A DNA stretch of 32,000 nucleotides from Geotalea daltonii FRC-32 (GTDB lineage Bacteria > Desulfobacterota > Desulfuromonadia > Geobacterales > Geobacteraceae), in the NCBI RefSeq assembly GCF_000022265.1, contig NC_011979.1:3630001-3662000 (forward strand), read 5' to 3'. Positions within the stretch are counted from its first letter, which is position 1. Every line of letters starts with the position of its first letter. Shown here piece after piece: positions 8,599 through 15,995 of this stretch. The position numbers and the translations under genes were made by a program. The notes below the pieces were generated by a model. The model worked only from the letters and a program-made list of their open reading frames with translations. It was not told the DNA's origin and ran no database searches.

Positions 8599-11500
8599 TT
8601 CAGCACCTCCCCCTTCAGATGGATGTTTATACGCAGACGCTTGTCGCCGTCAGGGGTCACCTTTGCAGGCGTCAACTGCTGTGTCGGTTCAATGTGGGTG
8701 CCCGGTGCCACCGTAACGGCTTCTCCGGTAAAAACCGCAGGCATCGGTCCGCTTTGCAGCGTCACCTGTACGGGATGCACACCGCTCTGCGTGAAGGTAA
8801 AGGGGAAGGTTTCCAGCTGCAGGGATTTACTCCCTTCGCCGGGCAGTACCGAAATGGTTCCGGTGCCGCTGTGCAGCACGCCTCCGCTTGGGCTCAGCCA
8901 CTGGTAGGCGACTGCCAGCTCGATGGGGACGTTCGAGCGGTTCACCAAGCTTGCCAGTAATGCTATCTGCTCGGTTGCGTTAAAGTTTGCAAAACGCGGC
9001 AGCGGCGTCAGGGTCAGGCTTGCCACCGCCTGGGTCGGAGCCACCGTGAAGAGAGTCGCGCCTTTGGCGGCAACCACCGTCCCGAAGCTTATGCCCGTTT
9101 CCCCTTCGGTGACTTTCAGCACCGCCCGATAAATGCCCGGTTGTCGGTTGCCGGTCTCCCATGGGATAGTGATCACCTTCGGAACCCCCGGTTCGAACCA
9201 TATCAGGGAATTCTGCACCCCGTTGTCATCGGCGGCCGTTGCCAGCAAATTATCCGTTACCTGCCCGTCGGCATCGAGTATGGTCACGCTCACGGTGCCA
9301 GCGATTGCCAGGGTGCCCATGTTAAGAACTTCCGCCTGTATGGAGACCGCTGAGTACGCGGGATAGCTCTGACTATCCGTTTTGAGCGAAGCTATGGACA
9401 AGGAGCTCGCCTGGCTGGGGTTCAGGGGGAAGTTCACCCGGTAGAATCCGTTGGCTGCCGAGGAGACGCTTTGCAACAGGGAGTCGTACCCGGTGACGCC
9501 GGCTCTCAATGAGAAGTCCAGCAGCGTAATACCGGAGATGCTGTAGGCGCCGTTACTGTCGGTTCTGGCAGAGAGGCTGGTACCCGCCACCGTCACCTCG
9601 GCGCCTTCAATCGGGTTGCCGGTCAAAAGGTCGCTGACCACACCGGCTACAGCCGAACTCTCCAGCAGGGGGGTAAGGTAGACGGTCTGGATGTTGGTAG
9701 TTATCCCTTCCACTACGATGACAGTGTAATTCAGGCTGACATGATCAGCTGCGGAAATGGTCACATAGCGTGCGCCGGGGACAACACGGCTGGCATGAAA
9801 GACCCCATCCGCATCGGTATTCACCGAGATTTCCCCAACCACAGTGATGGTCGCACCGGGGATGGGAAGATTGGTCATGGCATCTACCACAACACCGGTG
9901 AATTCCCCTGTGCTGCCTGCAGGGGGCAATTCCTTCAAGGCCCCATTGCTGACCAGCATCCCTCCTGCCTGCACCGTGCCGGTCCCCGTCTGCGGGTAAT
10001 ATCCCGCTTTGGTAATGGCAATGAACACAGGACCAGGTGTTGCCTGGGAAAAGGCATAGGAGCCGTCTGCCTGAGTGACGGTGCTCCCGCTAAAGGAGCC
10101 GCTGACTGTGACTGTTGCCCCCGAAAGCGGCAGATTGGTAGACCCGTCGGTGACGACACCCTTGATGAATCCGGTGGTAGCGCTGGAGGCAAGTGGCAGG
10201 CTGCCGAGATCGAGGATCACGCCGGCGATCATGTCGAGGGTCACGCGGCTCGTCATGTACCCGGAGAGGCTGAAATCAACGGTATGGCTACCGGGAGTAA
10301 CGTCCGGTAGCGAGAAGCCGCCTGCGCTGTCGGTGTTCACCACGACCGGGGGATCACCGGCCAAGGTCACGGTGACGCCGCTCAAGGGATGACTATCGAC
10401 CGCATCCACCACTCGTCCAATGAGAGTGCCGGTAGTTGGCTGGGCTGGTATCGCCTGCAGTTGAGTGTTCAGAGACAGAATCCATCCTGCCATGAGAGTT
10501 ACCGTACCTGTCGTGGGATAGTAGCCGTTCTTGACTACACTCAGGGTCCGGTCTCCTGTAATAAGTTCCGGAAAGAGGAAGCTGCCATCGGTTCCTGAAA
10601 TGCCTGTCAGGCCGGCTCCGTCGACCGTGATGGTCGCCCCTTCAATCGCCTTGCCGGTTGCCGCATCGGACACCGTCACTTTCAGCACGCCGGTGGTCGG
10701 GTTGGAAGAGAGAGGGAGCGTGCCGAGATCCAGGGAAAAACCGGCTGTGCTGGTGATCTTTGCGACAGCCGCCGAATATCCCGGCAGGGAAAAATCCACA
10801 GCCTGGTCACCGACCGGGATATTGCTCAACAGGAAACTGCCGGTGGCATCTGTTACGGTACGGACAGCCGAATCATTTTGCAGGGTCAGCACGACCCCAC
10901 TTAACGCTTCCTTCGTGGTGGCGTCCACCACCCTGCCGGTTATGGTACCTGTGTCCGGCTGAGGCGGTATCAGGACCAGCTGCGGAGTGAACAGCAGCAA
11001 GCCACCTGCGGAAATCGATCCACTCCCTGTAGCCTGGAAATATCCGGCTTTAGATGCAGTAACAGTCACGCTTCCGGGAGTGACCTCCGGAAAGAGGTAA
11101 GTCCCGTCAGCACCGGTTATGGCTGTGCCATTGAAGGAGCCGGTAACGGCAACGGTCACTCCTGCCAGCGCTTGCCCATCGGCGGCATTGGTGATGGTGC
11201 CTTTTATAACGGCCGACGTCGGATTCAGAGAGAGCGGCAGATCCCCGAGATTGAGCAGAGCTCCGGCTGCCACCTCTACGGCTGCGGTCCCTGAAGCATA
11301 CCCGGTTAAGGTCACCTCCAGCTGCTGACTCCCAGCCGGTATGGCCGTGAGAGTAAAACTACCTGAAGCGTCGGTGGTCGCTTTGATCGAGCCATTGCTG
11401 CCAAGAGTCACAACAGCGCCAGTCAGCGGCAGTTTGCTTGCTGCATCAACCACTTTTCCGGTCACGGTCCCGGTAGTCGGTTGCGGTGGAATCGCGGTCA

Positions 11501-14435
11501 AGCGGGCGTTCAGGTATAACACGCCGCCAACAGGCACAACCCCGGTCATGGATGCAGGATAAAAGCCACTCTTCGCCCCGGTTACGGTCAGCGCACCAGG
11601 TGAAACACCCGACACCGCAAAGCTGCCATCGGCTCCCGTAACCGTAGTGCCGCTGAAAACGCCGGTCATGGTTACTACTACCCCTGGTAGCGGCTGGTCG
11701 GTGGAGCCGTCGACCAGTACCCCTTTAACCGTGCTGGCGGTCGGGGTTAGCGAAAGAGTCACCACTCCCAGATTTACGGTAGATCCCCCCACAACGCCCA
11801 CCGCCGCACTGGTGGGGGCATAACCCGAGAGGGTAAAATTGAGCTTCTGGCCACCTTGCGGTATGCCCGACAAGGTAAACGTGCCGGTAGGATCGGTGGT
11901 CGCAGTGATCCCCGGATCGGCTTGCAGTGCCACAAAGGCACCCGACAGGGGCTGTTTCGTTGCTGCATCGAATACCTTACCAGTCACTGAACCGACCAAT
12001 GGCACGGAAACCGGCGTCTTCATCTGCGGATTGAAAAAGAGAACCTGTCCGGCCACCACGGTCCCGGTAGTGGCAACCTGCTCATATCCCGTCTTGGAGG
12101 CTGAAATGGTGACGCTTCCCGGGGAAACATTCCCGATCACGAATGCGCCATCGGTACCGGTCACTGCATTCCCCTGGTAGGCGCCGGTAACAGTCACGCT
12201 CACCCCCGATAGGGGAAGACCTGTTGCCGCGGCCGTCAAAGTTCCTTTGATAATGCCGGTTACAGGGTTTGGCGCCAGCTCCAGGGGGCCAAGGTCCGAA
12301 ATGGCTCCCGCCGTAACCGTCATCGTGCGGGTCAATTGCCCATAATCGTTCAGCGAGACGACAATAGACTGGGAACCCTGTGGGACATCGGCAAGAGTGA
12401 AAGAGCCATTAGAGGTCGACATTGCAGTAATGGCGGGATCGCTTGCCAACGTAACGCTCACGCCGGCAAGAGCCTGATGGGTAGTGGCATCGGTGACCGT
12501 TCCTGTGATGGTGCCTTTGGTCGTAGGGGGCGTTGGCGGCGGTCTCCTGGCGAAGTTGTATAATGCCTCCACCGCCAGTGCAGTCGTGTAAGGGTCCTGC
12601 AGCCATGATCCATCCTCCAACTGTGTCGAGGACAGGTAGCTGGCCGCCAAGCCCAGAATCGTCATATCCGTGATATCTCCGGACAACGCGCCATAAGCGA
12701 GAGCCGTTTCATATACTGTTGAAGGGGAACTACCGAAACCTCCATCCACGTTCTGATGGCTCAACAGGAATGTGGTCGCCTTCCTGATAACTGTCGCCAG
12801 GAGGCTGTTGGACGGCAGTCTTTGCAGCGTGGCCGAGACCTGGGCCGTTACCAGGACGGCACTGGCCGCGTCGGCATGGAAGCCCCACCCGCCGTCAGGA
12901 TTCTGCCTGGCAATAAGGAACGTTTTGCCGTTTTCAACGGCGATCCCAGTCGTATGCGCAGCCACGAGAGCCTTCAATGCCAGGGCGGTATCGACCGGAT
13001 TACTGGAATAGTTTCTGTCGCTTCCCCAACCACCATCCCCATTCTGTCGAGCAAGCAGTTCGGCAAGTAGTGTTGCGGGAATCTGTCCGGCATCCGCCAG
13101 CGCCGCAATTCTGGTGGCGAGATAATCAGTGTTACCGTTGCCATTGGCAGTCAGCCACTGCAAACCACGGGCTGCCGCCGATGTGCCGGTGGCGAAATTC
13201 CTCAGTACGGTCACGGCTTCCGAGGTCTCCCTTTCCGTAAGCCGGAGATCGGTGGCCCAACTGCCGTCCTCCTTCTGTGCAGCCACTAACCAGGCAGCAC
13301 CTTCATCGACATTTGCCGCTGCCGTGCGTTTGGTACCTTGTTCCGGGAAAAGCCCCGGATTGTCAGCCACCTCTTCAATCGGCGCCGGCGTTGCCGACAA
13401 AAGCGCAGCAGCATCGGTCAAGATTGAATATCTGGTTGCCACCCCCCGCAACAGGTTCTCCAGCGCATTGGTCTCATCACCCGTGAAACTCCCAGGGGTG
13501 GTAATAAAAATCACCGCCATGTTGAACTTCTTTTGCGACTGCGAAGCGGACGGTATCCGCTCACCCTCTACGGCAATGATATCGTCTATGGTGACATAAC
13601 GGGGGATGCCGCTGATGGTGGTCCCGGGCTTTGGAACCTGGTTGGCATCGATCGCAGGATTTTCGATCAACGTAATGGGGGGAACGCGCGACTTGTCGTA
13701 AATACCCATCAGGTAGAGATCGAGCGGGCTGAAGTATTTGCCCCCTTCTTGAGCGGTAAATGTCCCGTCTCCGTTATCATGCCAGGTGTTGCCGTAGAGG
13801 ACAGACCTTTGGGAATCTAGGAGAAAGCTCCAGTGGCTGCCGTCCTTACCGAGAAGGGCGCTACTGGTAGTGCCGTCGGCAGCCTTGAATTTTACCCGCG
13901 CCCCCCACCGATGCATCATTTCGTGGTTCATGATATAGAAGGTGTTCTCGAAATCGGGGCTGTAAGGGTCGGTAGCGATGTAAGCCAGGTTTCCCATGTC
14001 GATCGTCCCCTGGAGCCTGCCACCGCTGCCGAATAAGCTCGTATTGTCGAACAGTTCCTCGCCGATGCCGCGGGTATCGTTCTTCACCCCCATGTAAAAG
14101 GCCCGCGCCTCTGTCTCCGGCATCTTGAAGTCGAAGTTGCTGACAATCACCAGGAAGTCGTACTCATCCTTGTGGGTCTTGTAAAACTCCCTGGCAATTA
14201 CCGCCCTGGCGTCCGAATTGACTGTGCCATCGGTGTTTTTGGCGTCATAATTCCCGGTCACCTCCATGGCGGTCACGTTGCCGAAATCACCCAGCCATAC
14301 GGCATTGAAATCGTTTGCAAAGGTGTTGTCAGGGGGAATGAGCAAAGCGATCGCCGACAGCAAAAAGAGCATCAGGCCCTTCATTGCGAAGGCAAACCGA
14401 CGGTGCGACAGTATCAATGAGCGTTGCGGGTCCAT
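8595..14435 (-). CDS. Giant secreted protein 2 (1946 aa, cysteine-free): HExxH metallopeptidase-like N-domain, prenyltransferase/terpene-cyclase-like alpha/alpha repeats, 12 CarboxypepD_reg-like modules, CARDB-like C-terminus
   Basis: This is the track ORF 8595..14477 trimmed to the ATG at 14435, which has GGAGGG 3-4 nt upstream and clears the upstream stop at 14455. Signal: MKGLMLFLLSAIALLIPPDNTFA|ND. HEMMH lies at 13911-13925 (FYIMNHEMMHRWG). Five Q-x-x-DG(G/S)W(G) repeats occur (AQKEDGSWATD, RQNGDGGWGSD, RQNPDGGWGFH, HQNVDGGFGSS, TQLEDGSWLQD; about 12558-13301). A PPPTPPTT linker follows, then the repeat array (9414-12521). No Cys occurs after the signal peptide. Confidence 0.88.
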   Translation of the reverse strand: MDPQRSLILSHRRFAFAMKGLMLFLLSAIALLIPPDNTFANDFNAVWLGDFGNVTAMEVTGNYDAKNTDGTVNSDARAVIAREFYKTHKDEYDFLVIVSNFDFKMPETEARAFYMGVKNDTRGIGEELFDNTSLFGSGGRLQGTIDMGNLAYIATDPYSPDFENTFYIMNHEMMHRWGARVKFKAADGTTSSALLGKDGSHWSFLLDSQRSVLYGNTWHDNGDGTFTAQEGGKYFSPLDLYLMGIYDKSRVPPITLIENPAIDANQVPKPGTTISGIPRYVTIDDIIAVEGERIPSASQSQKKFNMAVIFITTPGSFTGDETNALENLLRGVATRYSILTDAAALLSATPAPIEEVADNPGLFPEQGTKRTAAANVDEGAAWLVAAQKEDGSWATDLRLTERETSEAVTVLRNFATGTSAAARGLQWLTANGNGNTDYLATRIAALADAGQIPATLLAELLARQNGDGGWGSDRNYSSNPVDTALALKALVAAHTTGIAVENGKTFLIARQNPDGGWGFHADAASAVLVTAQVSATLQRLPSNSLLATVIRKATTFLLSHQNVDGGFGSSPSTVYETALAYGALSGDITDMTILGLAASYLSSTQLEDGSWLQDPYTTALAVEALYNFARRPPPTPPTTKGTITGTVTDATTHQALAGVSVTLASDPAITAMSTSNGSFTLADVPQGSQSIVVSLNDYGQLTRTMTVTAGAISDLGPLELAPNPVTGIIKGTLTAAATGLPLSGVSVTVTGAYQGNAVTGTDGAFVIGNVSPGSVTISASKTGYEQVATTGTVVAGQVLFFNPQMKTPVSVPLVGSVTGKVFDAATKQPLSGAFVALQADPGITATTDPTGTFTLSGIPQGGQKLNFTLSGYAPTSAAVGVVGGSTVNLGVVTLSLTPTASTVKGVLVDGSTDQPLPGVVVTMTGVFSGTTVTGADGSFAVSGVSPGALTVTGAKSGFYPASMTGVVPVGGVLYLNARLTAIPPQPTTGTVTGKVVDAASKLPLTGAVVTLGSNGSIKATTDASGSFTLTAIPAGSQQLEVTLTGYASGTAAVEVAAGALLNLGDLPLSLNPTSAVIKGTITNAADGQALAGVTVAVTGSFNGTAITGADGTYLFPEVTPGSVTVTASKAGYFQATGSGSISAGGLLLFTPQLVLIPPQPDTGTITGRVVDATTKEALSGVVLTLQNDSAVRTVTDATGSFLLSNIPVGDQAVDFSLPGYSAAVAKITSTAGFSLDLGTLPLSSNPTTGVLKVTVSDAATGKAIEGATITVDGAGLTGISGTDGSFLFPELITGDRTLSVVKNGYYPTTGTVTLMAGWILSLNTQLQAIPAQPTTGTLIGRVVDAVDSHPLSGVTVTLAGDPPVVVNTDSAGGFSLPDVTPGSHTVDFSLSGYMTSRVTLDMIAGVILDLGSLPLASSATTGFIKGVVTDGSTNLPLSGATVTVSGSFSGSTVTQADGSYAFSQATPGPVFIAITKAGYYPQTGTGTVQAGGMLVSNGALKELPPAGSTGEFTGVVVDAMTNLPIPGATITVVGEISVNTDADGVFHASRVVPGARYVTISAADHVSLNYTVIVVEGITTNIQTVYLTPLLESSAVAGVVSDLLTGNPIEGAEVTVAGTSLSARTDSNGAYSISGITLLDFSLRAGVTGYDSLLQSVSSAANGFYRVNFPLNPSQASSLSIASLKTDSQSYPAYSAVSIQAEVLNMGTLAIAGTVSVTILDADGQVTDNLLATAADDNGVQNSLIWFEPGVPKVITIPWETGNRQPGIYRAVLKVTEGETGISFGTVVAAKGATLFTVAPTQAVASLTLTPLPRFANFNATEQIALLASLVNRSNVPIELAVAYQWLSPSGGVLHSGTGTISVLPGEGSKSLQLETFPFTFTQSGVHPVQVTLQSGPMPAVFTGEAVTVAPGTHIEPTQQLTPAKVTPDGDKRLRINIHLKGEVLK
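9414..12521 (-). repeat. Intragenic array of 12 CarboxypepD_reg-like beta-sandwich modules; the first 10 form five A/B di-domain super-repeats of about 174 aa (about 522 bp; 9918-12521)
   Basis: A-type modules begin TG(T/S)(I/V)TG(K/R)VVDA..K.PL(S/T)G. B-type modules begin TG.IKG.(V/I)TD...G.PL.GV.V.V.G.F.G..VTG.DG.F. A-type starts fall at ORF-track residues ~655, 829, 1002, 1177 and 1349. The copies are diverged, about 50% amino-acid identity by eye. Confidence 0.85.
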
Positions 14436-14454
14436 GTTCCCTCCACGACAGTGT

Positions 14455-14838
14455 CTATTTAACCGGCTGGGCCTCAACCGGGATGCTGAAGGTCCCTGTT
14501 GCCGTTAGCGGCCGGTGCTCACCGGATGTTTTGCGAATTTTTTCGATTCTCTGCACGCCGTTATCGAGGATCAGAAAAACTGTCTCCACCCCTTGGTCCG
14601 TTGTTTCCTCAACGACGATTTTTCCCTTGGTAATATCAGAGACTTTCGCCCCTTTTCCCAATTCGTCACCGATCTTTAGCAGGTGAAGTATGCCATCCGC
14701 AGACTTGACCGTAGCCAAACGGTCCTGGGCTGATATCTTCACGATCTTGATTGTTTTAAGCGATAGCGGAGCGGTTTCCTGCGCCAGCACAGGAAGGGGC
14801 AGTAGCACTAAAATCAGCAGCAAAATGCTTTTAATCAT
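14455..14838 (-). CDS. Small secreted protein (127 aa), function unknown; faint PilP/GspC-HR-like beta-domain pattern
   Basis: AAGGAG lies 9 nt upstream of the ATG. Signal: MIKSILLLILVLLPLPVLA|QE. The core ...KISAQDRLATVKSADGILHLLKIGDELGKGAKVSDITKGKIVVEE...ETVFLIL resembles the pattern 'A.v....G....l.vGd.l..ga.V..I....vvl' seen in PilP and GspC homology regions. This is a weak call. Confidence 0.75.
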   Translation of the reverse strand: MIKSILLLILVLLPLPVLAQETAPLSLKTIKIVKISAQDRLATVKSADGILHLLKIGDELGKGAKVSDITKGKIVVEETTDQGVETVFLILDNGVQRIEKIRKTSGEHRPLTATGTFSIPVEAQPVK

Positions 14839-14912
14839 TAACTAAACTCCTTGGTATCCTGTTCTTTAGGATGACGTTTAAGCCAAAACCATCTTAACAA
14901 GCAGCTTGTGAT

Positions 14913-15395
14913 TCAATTGTTGTCAACAGGTTTTCCGTTCATGGTCCAGACTGCTCCATAGCGTTTTTTCTGATAGTTTTCGTAGGAGTGGTTATAATCT
15001 CCCACGACCTTGTTCCCTTTGTACAAAAAATCGGCATGCATGTGAATCGGAGCGGTCCACTCCTTCCAATCGGTTGTGGAACGGACGTGCAAGGTAAGGC
15101 ACTGCTTTGCGTTGGGAGGCAGATCCCCTTTCCAGTGCAGATCACCATCGAGTAACTTCAATTCCGGCGGCAGAGATACTTTGATATTCACGTTGGATAA
15201 TGGCTCTACAAAGGAATTCAGACATAAGTCGAAACTATTTTCACTCCCTTTGTGAGCACCGAGACTGCCGGAATACCCCATATCGAACTTGATCATGATC
15301 TCATGGTCAGCCGGAGACCATCCTTCCTCATCGCAACCGGCCAAAGCTGAAACGCATATTAGAAGTACAATGATAAATTTCTTCGCAAAAACCAT
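14913..15395 (-). CDS. Lipoprotein B (160 aa), paralogue of 15506..15988; beta-sandwich-like, function unknown
   Basis: Starts at ATG 15395 (the track's GTG at 15398 is one codon upstream), with GAGGAG upstream. The lipobox is SALAG|CDEEG, with Asp at +2. About 70% identical to the upstream paralogue, sharing GCDEEGWSPADHE, NVNIKVSLPPELKL.DGDL.WKG and KQCLTLHVRSTT.WK.W. Confidence 0.88.
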   Translation of the reverse strand: MVFAKKFIIVLLICVSALAGCDEEGWSPADHEIMIKFDMGYSGSLGAHKGSENSFDLCLNSFVEPLSNVNIKVSLPPELKLLDGDLHWKGDLPPNAKQCLTLHVRSTTDWKEWTAPIHMHADFLYKGNKVVGDYNHSYENYQKKRYGAVWTMNGKPVDNN

Positions 15396-15403
15396 CACTC
15401 TCC

Positions 15404-15495
15404 TCAGTTCAAACAGAAAGACAGATCCAGGTTCTCATCCAGATCGGCCCTGCTCTGGAATACCTGGCCCGCAGCACCTATGACATGACGGCGTT
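15404..15495 (-). pseudogene. Relic of the last ~25-30 codons (plus stop and SD) of a giant-TGase-gene copy, left by tandem duplication
   Basis: The minus strand of 15404-15478 reads GAAGQVFQSRADLDENLDLSFCLN*. The true C-terminus of the 1709-aa gene (15996-16070) reads GSAGQVFQSRAKLNEDLDITFCLN*. Nucleotide identity is about 85% by eye. Upstream of 15478 the frame is broken by an indel and a TAG. Homology ends near 15496-15500, immediately after the stop of lipoprotein A. Confidence 0.75.
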
Positions 15496-15505
15496 TACAT
15501 CTTGT

Positions 15506-15988
15506 TCAGTCGTTTCTGATCTGTTTTCCGTTCATTGTCCAGACTGCTTCATTGCGGTTTTTCTGAGTGTCATCGTAGGACACGTTATAATTCCCCACAA
15601 CGTTGTTCCCCTTGTACAAAAACTCAGAATGCATATTAATCGGTGTGGACCAGTCCTTCCATTCGGTGGTGGAACGGACATGCAGGGTAAGACACTGCTT
15701 CGCGTAGGTAGGCATGTTGCCTTTCCAACGTAGATCCCCGTCGACTAACTTCAATTCTGGCGGCAATGAAACCTTAATGTTTACATTAGATAGCGGGTCG
15801 GCAAATGACATTAGGCATAAATCGAAACTGTATCCATTACCTTTGTGAGCGCCAACACCGCCGGAATACCCCATTTGGAATTTTGTCAACACTTCATGGT
15901 CAGCCGGAGACCATCCCTCCTCATCACAACCAGCCAGTAAGGTCAGGCCGACAATTAACACCATTATCCACTGCTTGATAAAAAACAC
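15506..15988 (-). CDS. Lipoprotein A (160 aa), paralogue of 14913..15395
   Basis: GTG start at 15988, 7 nt after the giant gene's TGA; that TGA is part of the SD context (AAC TGA GGAAAAG GTG). The lipobox is TLLAG|CDEEG, with Asp at +2. The rest aligns along its whole length with lipoprotein B. Confidence 0.88.
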   Translation of the reverse strand: MFFIKQWIMVLIVGLTLLAGCDEEGWSPADHEVLTKFQMGYSGGVGAHKGNGYSFDLCLMSFADPLSNVNIKVSLPPELKLVDGDLRWKGNMPTYAKQCLTLHVRSTTEWKDWSTPINMHSEFLYKGNNVVGNYNVSYDDTQKNRNEAVWTMNGKQIRND

Positions 15989-15995
15989 CTTTTCC

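Noticed and set aside
12558-13301. Giant protein 2 as a bona fide alpha-2-macroglobulin or thioester protein.
   Set aside because: The mature protein contains no cysteine at all, so no CxEQ thioester is possible. No bait-region or receptor-binding hallmarks were seen. Only the toroid-type repeats are shared.
14436-14477. N-terminal extensions offered by the ORF track: 8595..14477, 1294..1740, 1652..2926, 21464..21832, and the GTG at 4061.
   Set aside because: The extensions overlap upstream genes or lack an SD, and they encode Arg/Cys-rich non-signal sequence. Internal starts have good SDs and yield proper signal peptides or family-typical N-termini.
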